Source: an uncultured Bacteroides sp. (GTDB taxonomy: Bacteria > Bacteroidota > Bacteroidia > Bacteroidales > Bacteroidaceae). From it: a stretch of DNA of 64,000 nt. Shown here piece by piece: positions 39,738 through 49,237 of this stretch (within the stretch, counting starts at the first letter, position 1; each line of letters begins with the position of its first letter). The stretch lies in assembly GCA_900552075.1 (NCBI GenBank), contig URYL01000011.1, positions 22,664 through 86,663 of the forward strand, given 5' to 3'. A program made the translations under genes and the position numbers. The notes under the pieces were generated by a model. It was given only the letters and a program-made list of their open reading frames with translations. It had not been told where the DNA came from and ran no database searches.

Positions 39738-39801
39738 CCGGACCGAAAAACTCACAAGCATCTGCGGATGTACTCCAGTTTTTCGGTCCGGTTCATTTTT
39801 T
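39738..39801 (+). terminator. 15-bp stem hairpin between the TPR gene and ribH
   Basis: CCGGACCGAAAAACT / AGTTTTTCGGTCCGG followed by TTCATTTTTT. Confidence 0.65.
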
Positions 39802-39828
39802 ATGTATAACCCTTAACACACAACGAAT

Positions 39829-40323
39829 ATGGCAACAGCTTATCACAATCTTTCTGATTACGATTTTAATTCCGTACCCGACGCTTCACAAATGCGTTTC
39901 GGAATTGTAGTGTCTGAATGGAATCACAATATCACAGGTGCCCTGCTCGACGGCGCGGTCCGCACCCTGAAAAAACATGGAGCCAAAGACGAAAACATCC
40001 TGGTTTATCCGGTGCCAGGCAGTTTTGAACTGACTTTCGGTTCTGCACAACTTATCAAAAGTGGAAAGGTAGATGCAGTCATCGCATTAGGCTGCGTAGT
40101 TCGTGGCGATACCCCCCATTTTGACTATGTATGCGCCGGTGCCACACAAGGCATTACTGAACTGAACGCAACCACCGACACGCCAGTGATTTATGGCCTG
40201 ATTACCACCAACAACATGCAACAGGCAGAAGATCGCGCAGGCGGCAAATTGGGGAATAAAGGTGACGAATGCGCAGTCACAGCGATAAAAATGATTGATT
40301 TTGTTTGCAAGTTAAAAAAATAA
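39829..40323 (+). CDS. ribH: 6,7-dimethyl-8-ribityllumazine synthase
   Basis: [31 protein letters not shown]. Confidence 0.97.
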   Translation: MATAYHNLSDYDFNSVPDASQMRFGIVVSEWNHNITGALLDGAVRTLKKHGAKDENILVYPVPGSFELTFGSAQLIKSGKVDAVIALGCVVRGDTPHFDYVCAGATQGITELNATTDTPVIYGLITTNNMQQAEDRAGGKLGNKGDECAVTAIKMIDFVCKLKK

Positions 40324-40326
40324 TCG

Positions 40327-40334
40327 TACCTTTG
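40327..40334 (+). promoter_or_regulatory. Bacteroidetes primary-sigma -7 box of the tRNA operon
   Basis: TACCTTTG matches TAnnTTTG, with TTTG upstream at about -33. Confidence 0.7.
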
Positions 40335-40374
40335 CAACGCGATTGAGAAAAGCACTAAATTCTTGATTGTGGAC

Positions 40375-40460
40375 GGGCAAATACCAGAGTGGCCAAATGG
40401 GGCAGACTGTAAATCTGCTGGCTTACGCCTTCGGTGGTTCGAATCCATCTTTGCCCACCA
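40375..40460 (+). tRNA. tRNA-Tyr(GUA)
   Basis: Anticodon arm GCAGA-CTGTAAA-TCTGC, long variable arm, encoded CCA. Confidence 0.96.
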
Positions 40461-40465
40461 AATTT

Positions 40466-40538
40466 GCGGAAGTAGCTCAGTTGATAGAGCATTAGCCTTC
40501 CAAGCTGAGGGTCGCGGGTTTGAGTCCCGTCTTCCGCT
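40466..40538 (+). tRNA. tRNA-Gly(UCC)
   Basis: Acceptor GCGGAAG/CTTCCGC, anticodon arm TTAGC-CTTCCAA-GCTGA. Confidence 0.93.
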
Positions 40539-40556
40539 CTTTTTTGAAATTCTGTC

Positions 40557-40642
40557 GGGCAAGTACCAGAGTGGCCAAATGGGGCAGACTGTAAATCTGC
40601 TGGCTTACGCCTTCGGTGGTTCGAATCCATCTTTGCCCACCA
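40557..40642 (+). tRNA. tRNA-Tyr(GUA), second copy
   Basis: Same as the first copy except G at position 7. Confidence 0.96.
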
Positions 40643-40647
40643 AATTT

Positions 40648-40720
40648 GCGGAAGTAGCTCAGTTGATAGAGCATTAGCCTTCCAAGCTGAGGGTCGCGGG
40701 TTTGAGTCCCGTCTTCCGCT
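40648..40720 (+). tRNA. tRNA-Gly(UCC), second copy
   Basis: Identical to 40466-40538; repeat period 182 bp. Confidence 0.93.
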
Positions 40721-40727
40721 CTTTGAG

Positions 40728-40757
40728 AGATTGTCTTTCAAAAGACAATCTTTTTTT
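40728..40757 (+). terminator. Terminator of the tRNA operon
   Basis: AGATTGTCTTT / AAAGACAATCT followed by a T tract. Confidence 0.8.
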
Positions 40758-40849
40758 ATACCCTTTTCTCGCATCACACAAAATGGCTGAAAAGCAGCTT
40801 TCACCCACTTTCCAGCCATTCTTATTCTTTTCGATACAAACGAAAACGT

Positions 40850-42391
40850 TTATTGGACACCCTTTCTGACTCTTCTCAGGATATCCTGCATCTTAAACAC
40901 CACCTCCGGATATTCAACGGCTACGTTCTGCTGCTCATGGGCATCGTCCACCAACTTATACAACTGAGGCGCCGTATTGTTGCCCGATTCAATTTCCGGC
41001 ACCCAAGGCACTCCCACAGGTCCGTCGCTCGGCTCAATGTATTTCCAGTCCTTCGTGCGTACCGACAAGGTGTGGTTGTACGATTGTTCCACCACCCATT
41101 CTCTGCCCTTCGTGTCCTTTCCCAGCAAGGTATTCAGGTAATCACCGCTGTCCGGTGCACTTCCCTTGGGAAGCACAGCCCCCACGAGTTGTCCCAACGA
41201 CTTCATGATATCAATCTGCGAAACCAATGCGTCGGATGTGCCCGCTTTCCGGATTTCGGCAGGCCATGACACGATGAACGGAATTCGGGTTCCCCCTTCA
41301 AACGCACTGTACTTATTCCCTCTCAGCCCGCCGGTAGGTGAATGACCGTTCAAGCGTTCAGCCGCCTGATCGTCATAGCCGTCGTCGCACACCGGACCGT
41401 TGTCACTGGTCAGGATAATCAGCGTATTCTCACGCAAGTGCAGCTCCTCCAGACAAGCCAACAACTGTCCCACGCTCCAGTCGAACTGCGCAATGGCATC
41501 CCCTCTCAGGCCCATCACATTCTTTCCCCTGAACCGCTCGTGCGGAAAGCGCGGCACATGCACGTCGTTCGTGGCAAAATACATGAAAAAAGGTTCCTGG
41601 CTGTGCTGACGGATAAAGCCAATGGCATGCGCCGTGATGGAATCGGCGATATTCTCGTCCTTCCACAAGGCCTTTCCCCCTCCTTTCATATATCCGATAC
41701 GACCAATCCCATTGACAATAGCCTGATTATGCTCATGTGTCGACCGCAAATTATACAGCAGCTCCGGATGTTCTTTTCCTAAAGGCTCCCCTGGAAAAGG
41801 TTTCTTGTAACTCACCTCTATCGGATGGGCCGGGTCATAATTCGCCACCTTCCCGTTTTCGATGAACACGCAAGGCACGCGGTCGGCCGTAGCCGCCATG
41901 ATATACGAATAATCAAAGCCCAAGTCACCCGGATGCGTAGGAAGCGGCGCGTTCCAGTCCTGCTCGCCGGTTTCACTTCCCAAGCCTAAATGCCACTTGC
42001 CGATGACAGAAGTCACATACCCTGAATTTTTTAACACATCCGCCAGTGTATAACGCCCCGGGGCGATAATCATGCCGGCATTTCCTGCCGCCACGTCAGT
42101 GCCCGGTTTCCGCCAGGCATATTCTCCTGTGAGCAGAGAATACCGCGACGGCGTACTCGTGGATGCCACCGCATAGGCATTCGTGAACTGAATGCCGTGC
42201 TGAGCCAAACTGTTCACGGCCGGAGTGTGGATGTTCTTGGCCCGATAGCACTCCAGATCTCCATAGCCGAGATCATCCGCACAGATAATAATCACATTGG
42301 GACGGGAAAGGCCGTCACTGTCTGCCGCCAGCAGATGAGCCGGAGCCAGCAAAGGCAGACATACACTTGCATACAAAAACTTTTCTTTCAT
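40850..42391 (-). CDS. Ser-type formylglycine-dependent sulfatase (S1 family)
   Basis: PNVIIICADDLGYGD, STPSRYSLLTG (SxPxR), GKWHLG, TSDNG, EGGTRIP; signal peptide. Confidence 0.93.
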   Translation of the reverse strand: MKEKFLYASVCLPLLAPAHLLAADSDGLSRPNVIIICADDLGYGDLECYRAKNIHTPAVNSLAQHGIQFTNAYAVASTSTPSRYSLLTGEYAWRKPGTDVAAGNAGMIIAPGRYTLADVLKNSGYVTSVIGKWHLGLGSETGEQDWNAPLPTHPGDLGFDYSYIMAATADRVPCVFIENGKVANYDPAHPIEVSYKKPFPGEPLGKEHPELLYNLRSTHEHNQAIVNGIGRIGYMKGGGKALWKDENIADSITAHAIGFIRQHSQEPFFMYFATNDVHVPRFPHERFRGKNVMGLRGDAIAQFDWSVGQLLACLEELHLRENTLIILTSDNGPVCDDGYDDQAAERLNGHSPTGGLRGNKYSAFEGGTRIPFIVSWPAEIRKAGTSDALVSQIDIMKSLGQLVGAVLPKGSAPDSGDYLNTLLGKDTKGREWVVEQSYNHTLSVRTKDWKYIEPSDGPVGVPWVPEIESGNNTAPQLYKLVDDAHEQQNVAVEYPEVVFKMQDILRRVRKGVQ

Positions 42392-42480
42392 GATATCTTT
42401 AAAAAAGATGCAAAGCCGTAGGAGAGAAATCTCTGAAACGACTTTGCATCCGAATCTATTCAAAATCTATTTCAAAAGCC

Positions 42481-43572
42481 TCAGGAGTTCTTGCGGAAAG
42501 GCGGTTTCACTATCTGTGCCTTCAGCTTCCGCCCCCGGTTGTCCAGGTAAATTTCCGTACCCGGTTTGGCATATTCAATCTTGACATACCCCATGCCGAT
42601 ACCAATTTTCCGTGTCGGCGACATGGTACCGGAAGTCACGTGTCCAATAGTCTCGCCGGCTTCGTTCAGCAAGGCATATCCATGACGAGGAATCCCGCGG
42701 TCAATCATCTCAAAGCCCACTAGTTTCCGGCTCACGCCTTCTACTTTCTGCTTTTCCAGTGCGGCACGGTTCGTGAAGTTCTTGCCATCCACAAACTTCG
42801 TAATCCATCCCAGTCCGGCTTCCAGCGGAGAAGTCTCATCGGTAATATCGTTTCCATACAGGCAGAAGCCCATTTCCAGACGCAAAGTATCACGGGCCCC
42901 CAGACCAATCGGTTTGATACCGAATTCTTTTCCGGCCTCGAAGATGGCATCCCATATTTTCATGGCTACTTCCGGATAGAAGTACAATTCAAAACCTCCG
43001 GCGCCGGTGTATCCCGTATTCGAAATAATCACATTCGGCACTCCGGCAAACTCACCCACCTTGAACGTATAATAAGGAATCGACTTCAGATCCACCGGAG
43101 TCAGTTTCTGAAGGGTGTCACACGCCTTAGGTCCTTGTATGGCCAGCTGTGCGATACGGTCGGACGAATTTTCCAGCTCTGCCCCCACCTTGTTGTGAGA
43201 CACGCACCAGTTCCAGTCTTTTTCAATATTGGCCGCATTGACCACCAGCATGTATTTCTCAGGTTCATACGCATACACCAGCAAATCGTCAACAATTCCT
43301 CCCGTTTCATTGGGGAAGCAAGTGTACTGCACCTTGCCCGGAGTAAGCACCGCCGCGTTGTTGGAAGTCACTTCCTGAATGAATTCCAGGGCATGAGGCC
43401 CTTTCACCCAGAATTCTCCCATGTGCGACACATCAAATACCCCCACTGACTGGCAAACCGTCATGTGTTCATCAATGATTCCAGAGTATTCAATCGGCAT
43501 GTTATAACCCGCAAATTCATGCATTTTGGCACCGAGTGCAATATGTTTCTCGGTAAATGGAGTTGTTTTCAT
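42481..43572 (-). CDS. gcvT: Glycine cleavage system aminomethyltransferase T
   Basis: [31 protein letters not shown]. Confidence 0.97.
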   Translation of the reverse strand: MKTTPFTEKHIALGAKMHEFAGYNMPIEYSGIIDEHMTVCQSVGVFDVSHMGEFWVKGPHALEFIQEVTSNNAAVLTPGKVQYTCFPNETGGIVDDLLVYAYEPEKYMLVVNAANIEKDWNWCVSHNKVGAELENSSDRIAQLAIQGPKACDTLQKLTPVDLKSIPYYTFKVGEFAGVPNVIISNTGYTGAGGFELYFYPEVAMKIWDAIFEAGKEFGIKPIGLGARDTLRLEMGFCLYGNDITDETSPLEAGLGWITKFVDGKNFTNRAALEKQKVEGVSRKLVGFEMIDRGIPRHGYALLNEAGETIGHVTSGTMSPTRKIGIGMGYVKIEYAKPGTEIYLDNRGRKLKAQIVKPPFRKNS

Positions 43573-43597
43573 AAGGTATATTTTAAGGTTGATGTAC

Positions 43598-43633
43598 AAA
43601 GTTGCAGACCTGCCGAAACAAGTCTGCAACTTT
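43598..43633 (-). terminator. Hairpin between pepT and gcvT
   Basis: AAAGTTGCAGAC / GTCTGCAACTTT. Confidence 0.55.
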
Positions 43634-43642
43634 CATAATGAT

Positions 43643-44872
43643 TTAACGATATCTTTTGGCTGTCAGCTCGGCAATCTTCACGACCACCATCATAGCCTTC
43701 TCGATAGACTGGATAGGCACGAACTCATAACGTCCGTGGAAGTTCAGCCCGCCGGCAAAGATATTCGGACAAGGAAGTCCCTTGAACGAAAGCTGTGCCC
43801 CGTCTGTACCGCCGCGGATGGCTCTCACCTTCGGAGTGACACCGGCTTCCTGCATGGCCGCAAAGGCAATGTCAATGATGTGCATCAACGGCTCTACTTG
43901 CTGACGCATGTTATAATACTGATCTTTCAGTTCCACACTCACCGTACCTTCTCCGTATTTCTGGTTCAGCTGGGCCGCATAGTCCAGCAAAGCCTGCTTG
44001 CGTGCTTCAAACTTCTCCCGGTTATGGTCGCGGACGATATAAGACAACACCGTATGTTCCACTTCACCTTCCATACCTACCAGATGATAAAAGCCTTCGT
44101 ATCCTTCGGTCGTACCCGGAGTTTCGTTAGCCGGAAGCAAGGAAGCATATTCCGTAGCCACCAGCAAAGAATTGATCATCTTGTTCTTGGCATATCCCGG
44201 ATGCACGTTGCGTCCTTTCACTACCACCTTGGCTGCTGCGGCATTGAAGTTCTCGAACTCCAGTTCACCCACTTCACCGCCGTCCATCGTGTAGGCCCAT
44301 TTCGCCCCGAATTTCTCCACATCAAATTTGTGGGCTCCCAAGCCGATTTCTTCATCCGGATTAAAGCCCACGCGGATATCTCCGTGCTTAATTTCCGGAT
44401 GAGCCTTCAGGTAAGCCACAGCCCCTACGATTTCCGCAATACCGGCCTTATCGTCGGCGCCTAATAAGGTATGACCATCGGTCACAATCAAATCCTCGCC
44501 TACATGATCCAGCAGTTCCGGAAAATTCTTGGGTGACAGAATGATATGCTCTTCCGCACACAACGGGATATCCTTTCCGTCGTATTTCTCCACAATACGC
44601 GGCTTCACATTTGCTCCGCTCATGTCGGGACTGGTGTCCATATGGGAAATAAAACCGATGACCGGCACCTCATGGTCCACGTTCGAAGGCAATGTGGCAA
44701 ACAGATAACCGTTTTCATCCAGCGAAATATCTTTCAGGCCCAGTTTTTCCAGTTCTTCCTTCAGATAACGGGCAAACACCATCTGTTTCGCCGTACTTGG
44801 CGTCACGCCGGTCGATTCGTCCGACTGTGTATCAAAAGTCACATACTTTAAAAAGCGTTCAATTACTGTCAT
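43643..44872 (-). CDS. pepT: Peptidase T (tripeptide aminopeptidase)
   Basis: [32 protein letters not shown]. Confidence 0.96.
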   Translation of the reverse strand: MTVIERFLKYVTFDTQSDESTGVTPSTAKQMVFARYLKEELEKLGLKDISLDENGYLFATLPSNVDHEVPVIGFISHMDTSPDMSGANVKPRIVEKYDGKDIPLCAEEHIILSPKNFPELLDHVGEDLIVTDGHTLLGADDKAGIAEIVGAVAYLKAHPEIKHGDIRVGFNPDEEIGLGAHKFDVEKFGAKWAYTMDGGEVGELEFENFNAAAAKVVVKGRNVHPGYAKNKMINSLLVATEYASLLPANETPGTTEGYEGFYHLVGMEGEVEHTVLSYIVRDHNREKFEARKQALLDYAAQLNQKYGEGTVSVELKDQYYNMRQQVEPLMHIIDIAFAAMQEAGVTPKVRAIRGGTDGAQLSFKGLPCPNIFAGGLNFHGRYEFVPIQSIEKAMMVVVKIAELTAKRYR

Positions 44873-45086
44873 ATCAATTTTACTGTTTACGATTTCTTGT
44901 TTGACGTAAAAGTACAAAAATACCCTGAGAATGACCAAACGACTTACCATTTTTTATTAGAACACAAGAATGATTTACTTTGAAGCTCAAAAATGCTATC
45001 ACTTTTAAGTTAAAAAAGAGAGGGCAATCCATAATCTCTTAAAACAATACCAAAAAGATTCAGGCCTTTTTTTGTAATTTTGCCGC

Positions 45087-46283
45087 ATGAAAAAATACTT
45101 ACTGATCTGCATTTACTTCCTGTTTGCTATAATGGGGAATGCACAAGAGTCTTTGCAAGATACCGTGGCTGCCAAACCGCTGACCGCCAAAGAGCTCAAG
45201 AAAAAAAAGAAAGCCGAACGTAACTTTCACTATAATATATTGGGAGGGCCCAGCTATACTCCCGATTTCGGACTGTTAGTGGGTGGAAGTGCCCTGATGA
45301 CATTTCGGATGAATCCCAAAGACACTACCATGCGGCGTTCGGTCATACCGGCCGCCCTGGCTTTCATGTTCAACGGGGGACTGAACCTGGTGGTCAAACC
45401 TCAACTTTTTTTCCAGAACGACCGTTTCCGTATCTTCGGACAGTTCTCGTTTAAAAACACCCGTGAAAATTTCTATGGCGTGGGCTACAGCACCAACAAA
45501 AACTATGTACGAAGCGACTCTACCAGCCAGTACCGCTACAGCGGCATCCAGATTAATCCCTGGTTCCTGTTCCGACTGGGCGAAAGCAACTTCTTTGCCG
45601 GCCCGCAGATTGACATCACCTACGACCACATCATGGATCCTGCCAAATACCTGGTGGAACAACTCGACTACAAACGGGCAGGAGGTACTGCCGACGGCTA
45701 CAAGGACTTCAGTTCGGGCATCGGCTTCCTGCTGACCTATGATACGCGCGACGTACCAGCCAATCCCTACAAAGGACTGTATTTCGACCTGCGGGGACTG
45801 ATGTACGAAAAGTTCCTAGGAAGCAACACCAGCTTCTACCGTGTAGAACTGGACTACCGGCAATATAAAACGGTAGGGAAACGAAAGGTACTAGCTTGGA
45901 CGGTACAGAGCAAACATTCTTTCGGACACAACCTGCCCCTGAACAAATACGTATTGAGCGGCACGCCCTTCGACCTGCGAGGCTATTACATGGGACAATA
46001 CCGCGACAAGTCGTCGCACGTGGCACTGGCCGAATACCGCCAGATGTTCAATACCGACCAAAGCAACTGGATCAAGAAAGTCATCAACCGGCTGGGCTTC
46101 GTGGCGTGGGGTGGATGCGGCTTTATGGGACCGACACCCGGAAAAATTGAAGGCGTGCTTCCCAATGCCGGACTGGGCCTCCGTATTGAGGTACAACCCC
46201 GCATGAACGTGCGTCTGGATTTGGGACGTGATTTTACCAACCAGCAGAACTTGTTTTATTTCAACATGACCGAGGCTTTCTAA
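45087..46283 (+). CDS. BamA/TamA (Omp85)-like outer membrane barrel without POTRA domains
   Basis: Signal peptide, YDTRD, LRGY motif, GLGLR, terminal EAF. Confidence 0.75.
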   Translation: MKKYLLICIYFLFAIMGNAQESLQDTVAAKPLTAKELKKKKKAERNFHYNILGGPSYTPDFGLLVGGSALMTFRMNPKDTTMRRSVIPAALAFMFNGGLNLVVKPQLFFQNDRFRIFGQFSFKNTRENFYGVGYSTNKNYVRSDSTSQYRYSGIQINPWFLFRLGESNFFAGPQIDITYDHIMDPAKYLVEQLDYKRAGGTADGYKDFSSGIGFLLTYDTRDVPANPYKGLYFDLRGLMYEKFLGSNTSFYRVELDYRQYKTVGKRKVLAWTVQSKHSFGHNLPLNKYVLSGTPFDLRGYYMGQYRDKSSHVALAEYRQMFNTDQSNWIKKVINRLGFVAWGGCGFMGPTPGKIEGVLPNAGLGLRIEVQPRMNVRLDLGRDFTNQQNLFYFNMTEAF

Positions 46284-46328
46284 AAAATGCCCCAACAAAT
46301 TTCCTCTTGTATCACAGCATTTTCTCTG

Positions 46329-46406
46329 TTCCACACTGTGGAATACAAAAACCACACTGTGAAATACATATCCCGCAGTGTGGGACACATATTTCACAGC
46401 GTGGTA
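46329..46406. repeat. Tandem array of four 21-bp units with palindromic core CCACAC/GTGTGG
   Basis: Cores CCACACTGTGG (46331), CCACACTGTGA (46352), CCGCAGTGTGG (46373), TCACAGCGTGG (46394). Confidence 0.85.
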
Positions 46407-46486
46407 CAGAGAATTTTCTTATACATTTTCCAGCATGTACAGGGAAGATTTCAAATTATATTCCCCACATTTCCCAAAACGGTTTA

Positions 46487-47893
46487 TCAGAAACAGCTGG
46501 AACCATCGAAACAATGTGTGCAGACCTTGCACTTCGGCAGCCCGATAGCCTCAATCAATGTTTCCAAAGTATTGAACTTCAGTGAAGTCAATCCGAAACG
46601 GGCTCGGATACGTTCCACCAGTTCCTTGTATTCCGGAGAATCCGTCGTCGCATATTTGTCCAATTTGGCATTTTCATCGCCTTCAATTTCCTTAATGATA
46701 CGACGGGTAATCAATTCCATGTCACTCTTGGAAGAAGTGAACCCGATGAAAGGACATCCGTAAATCAGCGGGGGACATGCGATACGCATGTGTACTTCCT
46801 TAGCCCCATAATCATAAAGAATATTTACGTTGTCACGAAGCTGCGTACCGCGTACGATGGAATCATCACAAAACAACAGACGCTTTCCCTGCAACATGGC
46901 ACGGTTAGGAATCAACTTCATCTTGGCCACCAGCGAACGCATGCTCTGGTTGCTCGGCGTAAAGCTTCTGGGCCAGGTAGGTGTATATTTGGCAATAGCA
47001 CGGTGATAGGGAACCCCTTTCCCTTCGGCATAGCCCAGTGCCATTCCAACACCCGAATCAGGAATTCCACACACGCAATCTACCTCGGAACCGTCGTGCT
47101 GTCCCATCTTGTAGCCACTCATGAAACGCACTTCTTCTACGTTTTTCCCCTCATAGCAGGAAACCGGAAAACCGTAGTACACCCAAAGGAACGAACAAAT
47201 CTGCATCTTCTCGTTCGGCTGGCGGAGTTGTTCAAGGCCATCGGCCCGCATACGCAAAATCTCTCCCGGACCTACGTAACGGTCAATCTCAAAATCCAGA
47301 TTCGGAAGACTGCTCGACTCACTGGTTGCCGCGTATGCTCCTTCCTTCTTCCCGATAACAATCGGTGTACGCCCCCACTTGTCACGGGCTACGATAATCC
47401 CGTCTTCCGTCAAAATCAACATGGAACAAGAACCCTTGATTTTTTGGAACACGTTCTCAATGCCTTCCACAAAATCTTTTCCCTGCACGATGAGCAATGC
47501 CACCAGTTCCGTAGGATTAGTCTTTCCCATACTCATTTCAGAGAAATGCATATTACTGTCCAGCAGTTCCTTCACCAGTTCATCCATGTTATTGATTTTT
47601 GCCACCGTCACAATCGCAAAACGCCCCAGATGCGAATTGATCATGATGGGCTGAGGGTCTGTGTCACTGATGACACCTATGCCCGACTTACCCTTGAACT
47701 TAGGAAGTTCGTCTTCAAACTTCGTGCGAAAATAAGAACTTTCCAAATTATGAATTGAACGTATGAAACCTTCGCCCTCAGCGTATGTCGCCATACCGGC
47801 GCGTTTCGTACCCAGATGTGAATTGTAATCCGTACCGTAAAATAAATCGGTCACGCATTCAGCCTTAGAGACTGTTCCAAAAAAGCCACCCAT
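46487..47893 (-). CDS. purF: Amidophosphoribosyltransferase-family protein lacking the N-terminal catalytic Cys
   Basis: RD-WG-TP, CSFLWVYY, GIPDSG, PRPP loop DDSIVRGT, C-terminal CTHCFDG; N-terminus is MGGFFG. Confidence 0.88.
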   Translation of the reverse strand: MGGFFGTVSKAECVTDLFYGTDYNSHLGTKRAGMATYAEGEGFIRSIHNLESSYFRTKFEDELPKFKGKSGIGVISDTDPQPIMINSHLGRFAIVTVAKINNMDELVKELLDSNMHFSEMSMGKTNPTELVALLIVQGKDFVEGIENVFQKIKGSCSMLILTEDGIIVARDKWGRTPIVIGKKEGAYAATSESSSLPNLDFEIDRYVGPGEILRMRADGLEQLRQPNEKMQICSFLWVYYGFPVSCYEGKNVEEVRFMSGYKMGQHDGSEVDCVCGIPDSGVGMALGYAEGKGVPYHRAIAKYTPTWPRSFTPSNQSMRSLVAKMKLIPNRAMLQGKRLLFCDDSIVRGTQLRDNVNILYDYGAKEVHMRIACPPLIYGCPFIGFTSSKSDMELITRRIIKEIEGDENAKLDKYATTDSPEYKELVERIRARFGLTSLKFNTLETLIEAIGLPKCKVCTHCFDGSSCF

Positions 47894-48125
47894 TCTTTAT
47901 GTCTTATTAAGTTGTTATGATTTTCGGGTGCAAAAGTACAGAAAAAAAACGGGAAGTCCTTATGCGTAAAAAAACCTTACACATATTTTTTTACTCAAAC
48001 CGTGAACATTTTCCACTCTTCGTTTGTTCTGATAAGACATAACTCCTTTACTGAATCACCCTTATTCCAAAGGGAAAAAAGCCATATATTACCAACAAAA
48101 GGCTTACTAAACTAACTTTATGTAC

Positions 48126-48164
48126 AAAAAAGCCACCGAAACAACACCGGTGGCTTTTCTTTTT
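48126..48164. terminator. Intergenic terminator
   Basis: AAAAGCCACCG / CGGTGGCTTTT with flanking A and T runs. Confidence 0.75.
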
Positions 48165-48181
48165 CCTCGCACTACAGACAT

Positions 48182-48213
48182 AAAAAAAAGTCGGACGGAT
48201 TTGTCCAACTTTT
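48182..48213 (-). terminator. Terminator of the ffs-tRNA-Thr operon
   Basis: AAAAGTCGGAC / GTCCAACTTTT (one mismatch); the A run gives a U tract on -. Confidence 0.6.
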
Positions 48214-48216
48214 CCG

Positions 48217-48290
48217 AGCCTCTTGTCGGATTCGAACCAACGACCCCGAGATTACAAATCACGTGCTCTGGCCAACTGAGCTAAAGAGGC
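48217..48290 (-). tRNA. tRNA-Thr(UGU), second copy
   Basis: Acceptor GCCTCTT/AAGAGGC, anticodon arm CGTGA-TTTGTAA-TCTCG (one U-U mismatch), T loop TTCGAAT. Confidence 0.93.
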
Positions 48291-48315
48291 AATCACTAAT
48301 ATGTCTTTTTCTTTG

Positions 48316-48389
48316 AGCCTCTTGTCGGATTCGAACCAACGACCCCGAGATTACAAATCACGTGCTCTGGCCAACTGAGCTAAAGAGGC
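48316..48389 (-). tRNA. tRNA-Thr(UGU), first copy
   Basis: Identical to 48217-48290. Confidence 0.93.
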
Positions 48390-48393
48390 GGGT

Positions 48394-48489
48394 GGGTAAG
48401 CTTACTATATCGCGCCGCTACAACCAACTACCTTTGCTGCGATCAAGCCCTGGAGGATTCGAAGGGAGCTGGCCGTATGGGACTTACCC
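48394..48489 (-). ncRNA. ffs: Signal recognition particle RNA (small bacterial type)
   Basis: ~96-nt rod closed by GGGTAAG/CTTACCC, apical CAGG-N10-AGCA helix-8 motif; TACCTTTG promoter box at 48545-48552 on -. Confidence 0.8.
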
Positions 48490-48688
48490 GTATTCAACAT
48501 GTCATCGAGCATTACACAGAAGGCGTATTTCTCGATTGCGGGTGCAAAGGTAGGCAAATTTTCTGAATATACAATACCTGTGTAAAAAAAATTGGCCAAA
48601 ATGGTAAAGATTCATGATTTTTCGATATTTTCTATACCACAGCTCACCGAAAAAGACTACTTTTGTAACCACTAACAAACTTGACGAT

Positions 48689-49219
48689 ATGACAGCAGAA
48701 AGACCAACCACCTTACAGGAATACGCCATGCGGTTCGGAACTTACATGGGATTGTTCTGGATTTTCAAATTCATTTTCCTTCCCCTCGGATTTTCCATTC
48801 CGCTGCTCCAGCTGTTATTTATTCTGATGACAGTTTTTGTCCCTGTATTGGGCTTCATCTATGCCCGCCGTTACCGTAACCAGTACCATGAAGGCTATCT
48901 CTCCTTTACCCAAGCTTTCAGCTTCTGCTTTCTGATGTATCTCTTCGCCTCCATTCTGGCCGCACTGGCCCACTATGTGTATTTCCGCTTCATCGATCAG
49001 GGATATTTGCTGAACACATATCTGGACCAGCTAGATAACATAAAAGATAGTGTCAGCGGTGACATGAAAATTTCTGTAGAACAACTCATAAGCAGTTTTG
49101 AAGTCATTTCATCACTTACCCCCTTGCAACTGACCTTCCAACTGCTTTCTCAGAATTTCTTCTACGGAATCCTGCTGTCTATCCCGACGGCTCTGCTGGT
49201 CATGAGAAAAAAGAATTAA
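48689..49219 (+). CDS. Four-TM membrane protein (DUF4199-like)
   Basis: Four hydrophobic segments, G-LSF-QAF and Y-YF-FID patterns. Confidence 0.7.
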   Translation: MTAERPTTLQEYAMRFGTYMGLFWIFKFIFLPLGFSIPLLQLLFILMTVFVPVLGFIYARRYRNQYHEGYLSFTQAFSFCFLMYLFASILAALAHYVYFRFIDQGYLLNTYLDQLDNIKDSVSGDMKISVEQLISSFEVISSLTPLQLTFQLLSQNFFYGILLSIPTALLVMRKKN

Positions 49220-49237
49220 TCGCTTAGAAATAAATAT

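Noticed and set aside
39690..39828. FMN riboswitch upstream of ribH
   Set aside because: Only a simple 15-bp hairpin is present; the conserved RFN sequence blocks are absent.
40191..40819. ORFs over the tRNA clusters (also 48362-48599)
   Set aside because: They are translations of tRNA and SRP genes; the repeated peptides reflect the tRNA duplication.
43573..43642. Glycine riboswitch upstream of gcvT
   Set aside because: The 70-bp gap holds one hairpin; it is too short and lacks aptamer motifs.
46287..46763. Small ORFs crossing repeat arrays (also 52989-53234, 3148-3441, 28223-28525)
   Set aside because: They overlap real genes or terminators, and their periodic residues derive from the DNA repeats.
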